A stretch of 63,686 bases of DNA, filler included. It is 8 parts of 8 records of this genome, joined end to end, with 100 filler letters (N's around TTAATTAATTAA, not from the genome) between each part and the next. Parts side by side here need not be neighbours in the genome. Positions count along the whole stretch, not along the records: positions 31,835 to 38,583 come from SRR31156797_12218; positions 38,684 to 44,089 come from SRR31156797_12235; 6 more parts are not named here. One strand, written 5' to 3'. A program made the position numbers and the translations under genes. Below the pieces are notes generated by a model. It was given only the letters and a program-made list of their open reading frames with translations, was not told where the DNA came from and made no database searches. How positions within the stretch are numbered: position 1 is the stretch's first letter; each line of letters begins with the position of its first letter. This document shows positions 31,835-39,823 of this stretch, piece after piece.

Positions 31835-32494
31835 AGAGGAGATACTCATATTGACTGATTTTGCTATATCATCTATCAAAAAAGTTTCGTGGAGATTTTG
31901 ATTTATAAAAGAGATTGCTTTTGATATTTTATATGAGTTGCTTTCTATGAAAGCTAGTTGTTGTAACTCTATATTTTGGTTTGATACTAGGAGTCGATAG
32001 AGTATCTCTTTTAGATATATCTTTGATAATACCTCTATATCATTTGGTCTATCATTCAATTTTACTAGTCTTAAAATAGAACCTTTTAAATCATCGTCTA
32101 AATAGTACGTTGAAGCAGAAAAGTTTGTAGTATCTACTTTATTCAAACTCATAGAAAACTCCTCAAGAGCCTGAAAAATTTGCTCTTGGGTAAAGAGTAT
32201 TTGTATAGATAGAAAAGGCTCTTTTGGACTTGCTTGGATAATCTTCCCTGATACTGCTAAAAAAGTTGAAGAGACAAAATATGATGAACTGTCATATTCA
32301 AAGATTTTATCTCCTATGAATACAGTTTTTGTGCCTTGCAAGATTATAAAGAGTGATGGCTCATAGACAGTATGAAGTACCTCTCCACTACTTAGGGATT
32401 TAAAAATTTTGACAAAAGGAATATTTGTTCCATTTATCCCTTCTTCCAAAGGTATCTTTTGAACTATATTTTTAAATTCATCTAATATATTCAT
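31835..32494 (-). CDS. AraC-family regulator with AraC_N (YqhC-like) domain, 3' truncated
   Basis: VYEPSLFIILQGTK, EILYRLL, IAKSVNMSISS. Confidence 0.9.
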
Positions 32495-32506
32495 GTAAAA
32501 ATTCCT

Positions 32507-32517
32507 TGCCTATTTCT
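32507..32517 (-). promoter_or_regulatory. Putative AraC-binding motif upstream of araC
   Basis: AGAAATAGGCA, similar to AGGATTAGGCA upstream of the SDR gene. Confidence 0.4.
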
Positions 32518-32537
32518 ATATTTTATGATATATTTCT

Positions 32538-33281
32538 TTAAATAAACCCACCATTTACTTTTATAGTCTGTCCTGTAATCCAATGTGCTTTTTCACTAAC
32601 TAAAAGTTCAATCACATCTGCTATATCTTCGCTCTCTCCTAGCCGTCCAAAAGAGTTCATTTTGCTTAACATCTCAATTTGCTGTTCAGTTTTTCCTTTC
32701 ATAAATAGCTCTGTTTTCACAGGTCCTGGAGCAATTGCATTTATAGTTATCCCTTTTTCTCCAAACTCTTTTGCTAGTTGTCTAGTGATTTGTTCAACAG
32801 CGCCTTTTGAAGCAGCATAAACGCTATATGCTGGAAACATTGCACTTGTAACAGAAGTTGAAAAGTTTATAATTCTTCCATTGTTTTCCATATGTTTCAT
32901 AGCTTGTTGACAGGCAAAAAAAGTCCCTTTTACATTGACTGCAATTTGTCTATCAAACTCTTCTTCGCTAACATTTGCTATTGGATGATTTATCATTAAT
33001 CCTGCATTATTAATAAGAATATTTACTTTTCCATAGATTTTAATTGTTTGCTCAAAAAGTTTTTCTAGTGCATTAATTTTAGATATATCTGCTTGTAAAG
33101 CTAGAGCTTTTCCACCATCAAAAATAATTTCATCTACTATTTCTTGGGCTTCTTTTTCATTTGAATTATAATTTATAACTGTAGTTATTCCCAATCTTCC
33201 TAATTGAATAACAACTTGCTTGCCTATTCCTTTTGATGCACCAGTCACTATGGCTACCTTACTATCTATTTGTTGACTCAT
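32538..33281 (-). CDS. Short-chain dehydrogenase/reductase
   Basis: TGASKGIG, NNAG, YAASK, IAPGP. Confidence 0.95.
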   Translation of the reverse strand: MSQQIDSKVAIVTGASKGIGKQVVIQLGRLGITTVINYNSNEKEAQEIVDEIIFDGGKALALQADISKINALEKLFEQTIKIYGKVNILINNAGLMINHPIANVSEEEFDRQIAVNVKGTFFACQQAMKHMENNGRIINFSTSVTSAMFPAYSVYAASKGAVEQITRQLAKEFGEKGITINAIAPGPVKTELFMKGKTEQQIEMLSKMNSFGRLGESEDIADVIELLVSEKAHWITGQTIKVNGGFI

Positions 33282-33358
33282 AATATTTTCCTTTTTATTT
33301 TATAGAAAAAGTATATAAGAAAAATTTCTTTTTAACCAGTTAATTTATAGATAATTTA

Positions 33359-33369
33359 TGCCTAATCCT
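33359..33369 (-). promoter_or_regulatory. Putative AraC-binding motif upstream of the SDR gene
   Basis: AGGATTAGGCA; second similar copy at 32507-32517. Confidence 0.4.
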
Positions 33370-33407
33370 ATTTTATTTTAAATCTTTTATTATAAAGTAT
33401 CTTGTAC

Positions 33408-33464
33408 ATATAACGTTTGACTACACTGATAGATTTATCTATTCAGTGCTAGGATTTGTTATAG
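33408..33464 (-). mobile_element. attC: attC site (57 bp) closing cassette 2
   Basis: CTATAAC-5-CTA[G]CACTG[A]ATAGAT-AA-ATCTAT CAGTG TAG-6-GTTATAT; the HAD stop TAA lies inside R''; CTATAAC is the reverse complement of the GTTATAG that opens the cassette. Confidence 0.88.
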
Positions 33465-34151
33465 AATTTTCTTTCTTAAAAATAACTCTAATTCGTCATA
33501 ATCATTAAAATATTCTTGAGGTTCAAAATTATCTAATTTACTATTAATTAAAAAAGAGTTTTTTGTTTTAGCTAACATGGGCAAGTCGTTACTTCCATCA
33601 CCAAAAACATATAAGTCTTTTTTACTATACTTTAATTCTGTTAATAAAATATCAATGGCAGTCCCTTTATCAAAGCCTTTTGGAGTAAAATCTACACTAT
33701 CTTTATGATAATATGTGTTTATATTTTCATGTTCAAAACTTTGAGCAAAAAGATGAATTTTCTTAATATCATTTATATTAATTGGAAACACTGTTAGATT
33801 TACATCATTTGGCTGAAACCATATCGTTTGTTTAAATTCTTGTGAATAGTCTTTTCTAATCTTAAAAAAGACTTCCTGTATAATTCCAGATACTTCTATT
33901 TTGTAATATTTTTTAGGAGGGAATGTACTATTATACATTATTGTCCCACCATTTTCACCAATTACCATACAATTGTCTAGTCCTAATTGACGTATGAATC
34001 CAGCTATATACCCAAATGGTTTTCCAGATGCTAACACTACTTGATGTTGTTTTGAAATATTTTGCAATGTATTAACAAGACTGTTGTTCACTGGTTTATT
34101 AATATCACAAAGTGTTCCATCTATATCGAATATTAATAATTTTTTAGTCAT
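33459..34151 (-). CDS. HAD-superfamily IIB (Cof-like) phosphatase
   Basis: FDIDGT, LASGK, GENGG, DKG, FGDGSNDLPM. Confidence 0.9.
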   Translation of the reverse strand: MTKKLLIFDIDGTLCDINKPVNNSLVNTLQNISKQHQVVLASGKPFGYIAGFIRQLGLDNCMVIGENGGTIMYNSTFPPKKYYKIEVSGIIQEVFFKIRKDYSQEFKQTIWFQPNDVNLTVFPININDIKKIHLFAQSFEHENINTYYHKDSVDFTPKGFDKGTAIDILLTELKYSKKDLYVFGDGSNDLPMLAKTKNSFLINSKLDNFEPQEYFNDYDELELFLRKKIL

Positions 34152-34160
34152 ATACTTCCC

Positions 34161-34811
34161 CTATATATCTTTATTTAAAAGATATTTAATTCCTAATGAA
34201 GCTTTTGAAGTTAATACATTTGTATCAATTTCATCTAAAATATTATCAAGACTAAATATTTTAACTTCATCTTTTTGACAATTTAAAATAGCTAGATCTA
34301 AATCATCTTTTAAAACATACACACATAAACCTATCATAACAACTGTTTCTCTGTGTTGGTTATCTATTGTACTGATATTATTTTCTATAGCAAATCCTGG
34401 AATTTGTTCAAGACTAACAATTTTTGAATTGAAAAATTGTTTATTTTTGATTTTTTTATAAATAGAATGATTTTCAAATTGAACAGATCCAAAAACATCA
34501 TACTTATTGTTTTCAACATTTGTATTAGGTTTATCTTTTTGTCTATCATATACAATAACCCTTTGCCCATCTGTAAATATAGCAAAGGTAGAAAACCTAG
34601 TATTATTTATCATTACCCTATGAAAGTTTTCTTTTATCTCATTTTCTTCATTTTGAACTAACCATTGTGGAGAAATTTGTTCTTCTAAAACTTTTTTGTA
34701 AAATATCTCTAAATCTAATACCGTATTGGGTATAAAATCATTCTCCAATGTTAAACAATTTTGAAAAGTTGTTTTTGTTGATTGTGAATCAATAATATTT
34801 TGTTTTTTCAT
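34161..34811 (-). CDS. Hypothetical protein, possibly degenerate Nudix fold
   Basis: AGAGG RBS; FAIFTDGQRVIVYDR and VMIGLCVYV resemble Nudix strands; no Nudix box. Confidence 0.55.
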   Translation of the reverse strand: MKKQNIIDSQSTKTTFQNCLTLENDFIPNTVLDLEIFYKKVLEEQISPQWLVQNEENEIKENFHRVMINNTRFSTFAIFTDGQRVIVYDRQKDKPNTNVENNKYDVFGSVQFENHSIYKKIKNKQFFNSKIVSLEQIPGFAIENNISTIDNQHRETVVMIGLCVYVLKDDLDLAILNCQKDEVKIFSLDNILDEIDTNVLTSKASLGIKYLLNKDI

Positions 34812-34827
34812 TTTCTACCTCTAGCTT

Positions 34828-37152
34828 TTATGTATTTTTTGTTGTTACTCTACCATGTTGAATATGAGAAATAAGTAAACCACCATCTTGATGATTTAGT
34901 TTCTCTAGATATTCTTTTTTATTATCATTAAACATTTTAGAGTAATATTTATCCTTAAAATAGAATAATATTACTTTTAAAATATCTAATTTAAATTCTT
35001 CTAATTTTAAAATCTTAATTCCTTCTTTATTTAAATCATTGAATCTTTTATCTATCATGTATTGAAATTTATCTTTATTTATATTTGTTTCATTAACAAT
35101 ATTAAAATTATAATCTTTTAACTTTTCTATAATATCTTCTTTATTATCAGTGATATTATCAAGTCTAATTTCAATATTTTCATATAATGAATTTGGTATA
35201 TCTTTATTATCAAATATATCTTTTAAGTTTTTATAAAAGAATACAGTAGAAGTTGTTCCTATCTCTTTATATATTTGTTTGTTATCAAATAATGTACTAA
35301 AATTTTCACTAAACAATCCATTAGAAAAGCTTTTCTTTTCCCTTTTCAGGAATTCAGCAATAAACATATTTGTACCCAACGCGGAAGCGATTGCAGAAAA
35401 TCCATAAATCGATACTACATTGATATTTTTATCATCGTTTTTTATTTTAAATGATAAAAATTTAGCATCACTATTTACACTATTTCCTTTATCATCATTT
35501 ACTCTTTGATCTAAAAGAAAATTCCATCCAGATACAGGTTGATTAACTCCCATAAAAAAATTAAATGCACTTTGATGATTTTCTCTTTTATCTAAGTCTT
35601 GCTTATGATCAAAATCAAAATAATTATCCATAAATCCAAATAATCGTTCATCTTTAAATCTTAATCGATGCTTGTTAATTAAATGAGCTAACGCTCTATT
35701 ATGTTCTGCCCCACCTATAGTTAAAACATCTATGTTTTTTTCTTCATCGTTAATTAAACATGATGGTAATTCAATATTGCTATTAGGATTATTTTTATCA
35801 TCAACTGGTAATGACAACATCATTTTAATAGGAATTTTTATATATACTTTGTTAGGCTTAACTGATTCAGATATATATCTTACTAGTTTTTGACGTGAAT
35901 CCTCATTTATTGTAAACTTATAAATATTCTCAATTTCACTTTTTAAATCTGCTTTAAGAACAAAATCTAATGTTTTACTACTGTTATTTACTCTATTGGT
36001 ATATTTAAAAAAATCATCATTATACAAATCATCTACTTTTTTATCTAACATAATACCATTTGAAAAATATATTTTTGCATTGATAAAAGATTTATCATTT
36101 TCTTTCTTACATACAATTTCATTTTTTGTTGAAGTTGACATTTCAAGCAATTCTTTTAAAAAATGAAATTCGTCAGAATTTTCTATTTCTGATATATTTA
36201 TAATATCTTTTTCTTCTGATAAATTAAAAATTGTATATAAAACTTGACTCAATAAACTAATACCAAAAAGATTTCTATCACTAAGAGTATTTATTACATC
36301 TACTTTTTTTATTTTCTCATTATCATTAAGAATTAAATCTGCTAAAGATTGTGCTACTACTTTATCTTGTTTAGATTCTTTATCAAACTCAATAGATTCA
36401 TCTTTTATAATTCTAGAAAATAAAATATCATAGATATGTAAGTCAAAAGTGTCTTTAATACTTTTAAGCCAATTTTCATTTAATTTACTTTTATCAACTT
36501 CTAACACTACATGATCAATAAATTTATTATCAAAAAAAGGTCTATCACAATATGAATGTTCTAAATTAAAATTATTTTTCTGTGAAACTTTTGATAATAT
36601 TTGAATACCAGTTGAGTCTGATTGATTTGATAAATATAAACTAAAGAAGTCTCTGCTTTTATATTTCTTAATTTTACCTTCATATTTTTTGATCTCATCA
36701 TATAGGTAGGCGTGATTTTTAACTAAATCATCATCATTTTTAATGATAAGATCAAAACCTTTATCAATATAAGTATTAATAATTTTTGAAGGTTTCAATA
36801 GTTCCGTAACTTTACTTTTTAATTCATCTGAAATAGTATTAGTAATAATTTTATCTAAAATTTTATTGTCAAAAAAAGAACCACTTAAAAAGTCATCTTT
36901 AATATCTGTAAGTATCGGTAACAACTCTTCAATATTTGCATCTGTTATTTTACCTGTTCCTTTTTTCAAAAATTCTCTAATCTTTAATAATAATTTATTA
37001 CGTTTTCCTAATACAATCTCTAATTCATCTTGCAAATCATTAAACAAAAGATTAAAATCTTTATCATAAGCAATATTTTTTGTAATATTATTCATCCTAT
37101 TTTTATCAATTGATAAACCGGTCATATAAACTAAATGTTCTTTTTTATCCAT
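34828..37152 (-). CDS. Hypothetical 774-aa protein
   Basis: Long ORF in very AT-rich DNA with AAGGA RBS; no recognisable family; motif DVLTIGGAEHNRAL. Confidence 0.75.
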   Translation of the reverse strand: MDKKEHLVYMTGLSIDKNRMNNITKNIAYDKDFNLLFNDLQDELEIVLGKRNKLLLKIREFLKKGTGKITDANIEELLPILTDIKDDFLSGSFFDNKILDKIITNTISDELKSKVTELLKPSKIINTYIDKGFDLIIKNDDDLVKNHAYLYDEIKKYEGKIKKYKSRDFFSLYLSNQSDSTGIQILSKVSQKNNFNLEHSYCDRPFFDNKFIDHVVLEVDKSKLNENWLKSIKDTFDLHIYDILFSRIIKDESIEFDKESKQDKVVAQSLADLILNDNEKIKKVDVINTLSDRNLFGISLLSQVLYTIFNLSEEKDIINISEIENSDEFHFLKELLEMSTSTKNEIVCKKENDKSFINAKIYFSNGIMLDKKVDDLYNDDFFKYTNRVNNSSKTLDFVLKADLKSEIENIYKFTINEDSRQKLVRYISESVKPNKVYIKIPIKMMLSLPVDDKNNPNSNIELPSCLINDEEKNIDVLTIGGAEHNRALAHLINKHRLRFKDERLFGFMDNYFDFDHKQDLDKRENHQSAFNFFMGVNQPVSGWNFLLDQRVNDDKGNSVNSDAKFLSFKIKNDDKNINVVSIYGFSAIASALGTNMFIAEFLKREKKSFSNGLFSENFSTLFDNKQIYKEIGTTSTVFFYKNLKDIFDNKDIPNSLYENIEIRLDNITDNKEDIIEKLKDYNFNIVNETNINKDKFQYMIDKRFNDLNKEGIKILKLEEFKLDILKVILFYFKDKYYSKMFNDNKKEYLEKLNHQDGGLLISHIQHGRVTTKNT

Positions 37153-37175
37153 TTTATTTCCTTTTATTTGAAGTG

Positions 37176-37192
37176 AATAAATTATATCAATT
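37176..37192 (-). promoter_or_regulatory. Extended -10 promoter inside cassette 2
   Basis: TGATATAAT (TGnTATAAT) about 30 nt upstream of the ATG at 37152. Confidence 0.55.
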
Positions 37193-37220
37193 TTGTGTCA
37201 CAGTTTACGTCATAAAAAAT

Positions 37221-37967
37221 TCAAACATTATTTATCTCACATAAAAGCTGTTTTAGTGCAGGAACAGTATTGACATTTTTTAATTCATCTATAGTTTTTA
37301 ATCCAGTATCAGTATGATACTCAGGGTTATTTAACTCTATTTCACTTTCATGCAAGTTTGTAAAAAGAGGTATTCTAAACTCTAGCGTATTTACTGAAGA
37401 AGAGAAATAAAACCAAGCCTTTGATTTTTCTATTAACTTACCTTCTAAATATAGTTCAACATTATATGTTTTTAAAGGATATTTATTACATTTAAAAGAT
37501 GTTTTATAAAACTCTGTATGATTTGAGTTTTTAATAATATCTTTTGATATATCAGGATATATTTGTTTGCTATTTTTTAGTACTTCTATCTCTTCAATAG
37601 TCTCTTTTATTCCTGTTTCAAAAACAGCTCTATCACATCTTCCAGCAGGAGTAGTCCAAAAACCAGGATCAAACTGAGTATCTAAACTTCTTTGAGTGAC
37701 AGCTAATTTATCATTAATAAATAAAAAACTTCCACTTGAAATTAGAACATTTTTCATATTATTTGTATTTGTTTGTTTTATATTAGCTAGTTGAGAGATT
37801 TTTATCAAGTCTAAATCTATATTATCAAAGGTAAAAAGATTATTTTGGTTTACATATATTTTTATAGTATCATGTTTGATTATAACTTCTGAAGCATACC
37901 AGAAAACTTGATCATTATATTTTTTATCAATTTTATTATTTAATAATGACTTTACATTTAAAGACAT
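37221..37967 (-). CDS. Nudix hydrolase (248 aa)
   Basis: ATG at 37967 after AGGAG; LAVTQRS..DPGFWTTPAGRCD..ETGIKETIEEI, a shortened Nudix box. Confidence 0.8.
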   Translation of the reverse strand: MSLNVKSLLNNKIDKKYNDQVFWYASEVIIKHDTIKIYVNQNNLFTFDNIDLDLIKISQLANIKQTNTNNMKNVLISSGSFLFINDKLAVTQRSLDTQFDPGFWTTPAGRCDRAVFETGIKETIEEIEVLKNSKQIYPDISKDIIKNSNHTEFYKTSFKCNKYPLKTYNVELYLEGKLIEKSKAWFYFSSSVNTLEFRIPLFTNLHESEIELNNPEYHTDTGLKTIDELKNVNTVPALKQLLCEINNV

Positions 37968-37980
37968 GTTGCTCCTATTT

Positions 37981-38050
37981 CTATAACGTTTGTCGTGAGC
38001 AATAATTTTCCCGCTAGGGTAAATTATTGGTCTCCTCGTACTTGTTAGGT
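37981..38050 (-). mobile_element. attC: attC site (70 bp) closing cassette 1
   Basis: ACCTAAC-5-CGA[G]GAG..CAATAATTT.CCC-TAGC-GGG.AAATTATTG CTCACG-6-GTTATAG; ACCTAAC is the reverse complement of GTTAGGT at 38558-38552. Confidence 0.88.
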
Positions 38051-38557
38051 GTTTATTACCCATAAATTAATATATCTCTTAATTCATCTAGTGTTTCTGG
38101 ATGTTGTTTCATTTTTTGTATGATTTGATCAACAGGTGCATTATAAGTTTTCCAAAAACTAGATGGAACATGTAGAATAATTGATGTATTTACATCTTCT
38201 TTATTTTCTACTACCATAAATGATTTATAAAATATAGGTTTTTTATCACTATCTTTAAATAGTTTTAAATAAAAATTTTTTTTATCTCCAAATGACTGAC
38301 TTTTATACAAATCCATTACATCGTGATAATCTTTATGGCAATCAAGACAATATGTTTTTAAATGCTTTTCATCATATTCCCAAGGTTTTTTGCCATTAAT
38401 ATAAATTTCATGATGAACATGTAGTGTTTTATCTTCAGCTTGACATCCTAAACATTTCCAATTATCTCGTTCCATAATTTCTAAACGTTTTCTCTGCCAT
38501 TTAGGGTGTTTTAATAATTCTTTATAATTCATATTCTTCTTTCAGTTTTTCACCTAA
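37987..38557 (-). mobile_element. Integron gene cassette 1 (571 bp, HNH gene)
   Basis: G|TTAGGT about 20 nt before the ATG; attC starts 5 nt after the stop. Confidence 0.85.
38056..38532 (-). CDS. HNH endonuclease-like protein with zinc-binding CxxC pairs
   Basis: WQRKRLEIMERDNWKCLGC, LHVHH, PWEY, YCLDCHKDYH. Confidence 0.85.
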   Translation of the reverse strand: MNYKELLKHPKWQRKRLEIMERDNWKCLGCQAEDKTLHVHHEIYINGKKPWEYDEKHLKTYCLDCHKDYHDVMDLYKSQSFGDKKNFYLKLFKDSDKKPIFYKSFMVVENKEDVNTSIILHVPSSFWKTYNAPVDQIIQKMKQHPETLDELRDILIYG

Positions 38558-38583
38558 CTATTTAATAAACATACATTATATAC
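38552..38583 (-). mobile_element. Putative attI (or first core site) with possible Pc -10
   Basis: GTATATAATGTATGTTTATTAAATA-GTTAGGT: GTTRRRY core not preceded by the CAAAC/hairpin seen in both attC; TATAAT at 38580-38575; intI absent because the contig ends here. Confidence 0.55.
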
Positions 38584-38820
38584 NNNNNNNNNNNNNNNNN
38601 NNNNNNNNNNNNNNNNNNNNNNNNNNNTTAATTAATTAANNNNNNNNNNNNNNNNNNNNNNNNNNNNNNNNNNNNNNNNNNNNAATACTCTGTTGTCGGT
38701 TTCTCTTTCCCAAAGAGAAACCTATAGTAAAGATATCGGGTTAAAACATTTTTGGGGCAAGCATCACGCTTGTAATTTTGAACATAATAATTTTGTTCAT
38801 AAAAAAAGGAGAAAAAATAA

Positions 38821-39666
38821 ATGAAACATATATTTTTAAATTTAAAGAGATTTGATATCAGCCCGGAAAAGGGTGGAATTAATAGAATAGCTCCTATGAA
38901 TGAGTGGGCTTCATACATTGTAAAAAATACTCAAGAAGAATTAAAGAAGTATAACAAAGATGAAGTAGAGTTTGTAATGTATATGCCAGAAGCTCACCTT
39001 ATTTCAGCATGTGATAGCTTATCTGAAGATAGCCCGGTTCAGATAGGAAGTCAAGGAGTATACCGTGGAGATACAGCAGTTGGTGGAGGATTCGGTGCTT
39101 TCACAACTAACCTTACTGCAAATGCAGCTACTCAAATGGGTTGTACCGGTACTCTAATCGGTCACTGTGAAGAGAGAAATGATAAAATGGGTGTTTTAGC
39201 TGAAGCTGGAATCACAGGAGAGGAAGCAGCTAAAGCAGTTAATAGATTACTAAATGCTGAAATCAAACATGCTCAGGCAGCTGGATTAACTGTACTTTAC
39301 TGTATCGGTGAAAAAAGTGAAGAGCAAGATAAATGGCAAGAAGTATTAGGTGCACAACTTGAGATCGGATTAGAGGGAGTAGATACTTCGAAAGTAGTAA
39401 TCGCTTATGAACCAATCTGGAGTATCGGGCCAGGAAAAACTCCTGCTGATAAACCATATATTGAAAAAATCGCCAAGTTTGTAAAAGAAAAAACAAACGG
39501 CATGGATATCGTATATGGAGGAGGATTGAAACAAGATAATGCTGAGATGCTTGCTAGTATTGATGAAATTGATGGTGGATTAATTGCACTTACTCGTTTC
39601 ACTGGTGAGATTGGTTTCTATCCAGATGAATACCTTGAGATTATTAGTTTATATTTAGGAAAATAA
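38821..39666 (+). CDS. Divergent triose-phosphate isomerase family protein
   Basis: NLKRF, GHCEER, YCIGE, AYEPIWSIG, YGGGL. Confidence 0.85.
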   Translation: MKHIFLNLKRFDISPEKGGINRIAPMNEWASYIVKNTQEELKKYNKDEVEFVMYMPEAHLISACDSLSEDSPVQIGSQGVYRGDTAVGGGFGAFTTNLTANAATQMGCTGTLIGHCEERNDKMGVLAEAGITGEEAAKAVNRLLNAEIKHAQAAGLTVLYCIGEKSEEQDKWQEVLGAQLEIGLEGVDTSKVVIAYEPIWSIGPGKTPADKPYIEKIAKFVKEKTNGMDIVYGGGLKQDNAEMLASIDEIDGGLIALTRFTGEIGFYPDEYLEIISLYLGK

Positions 39667-39718
39667 GTAAAAAAACAGTGTTATAACTAATGAATGTTAT
39701 GAAACTTAAATAATTATT

Positions 39719-39767
39719 TGTAGGGGTAGGGTTCTCCTAGCCAGGGCAGGAAAACCCAGCCCCTACA
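39719..39767. repeat. GTAG-type REP-like palindrome
   Basis: TGTAGGGGtaGGGTT..CCT...AGG..AACCCagCCCCTACA, GC-rich in an AT-rich intergenic region. Confidence 0.6.
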
Positions 39768-39823
39768 GTTTATAGCTTTAATTCACATGACACTGTTTTT
39801 TAACTTTAAAAAAAGGGGATAAA

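Larger units (their letters stand above)
33414..37986 (-). mobile_element. Integron gene cassette 2 (4573 bp, four genes)
   Basis: Bounded by G|TTATAG (37987) and the attC at 33408-33464; no attC-like hairpin seen in the internal spacers. Confidence 0.8.

Noticed and set aside
37153-37220. Possible attC between the Nudix and 774-aa genes (also the gaps at 34812-34827 and 34152-34160)
   Set aside because: No RYYYAAC/GTTRRRY pair with a hairpin; the other two gaps are too short
37968-38063. 32-residue N-terminal extension of the 280-aa ORF
   Set aside because: It is the attC sequence; the ATG at 37967 has an AGGAG RBS and is taken as the main start (kept only as a possible coupling ORF)
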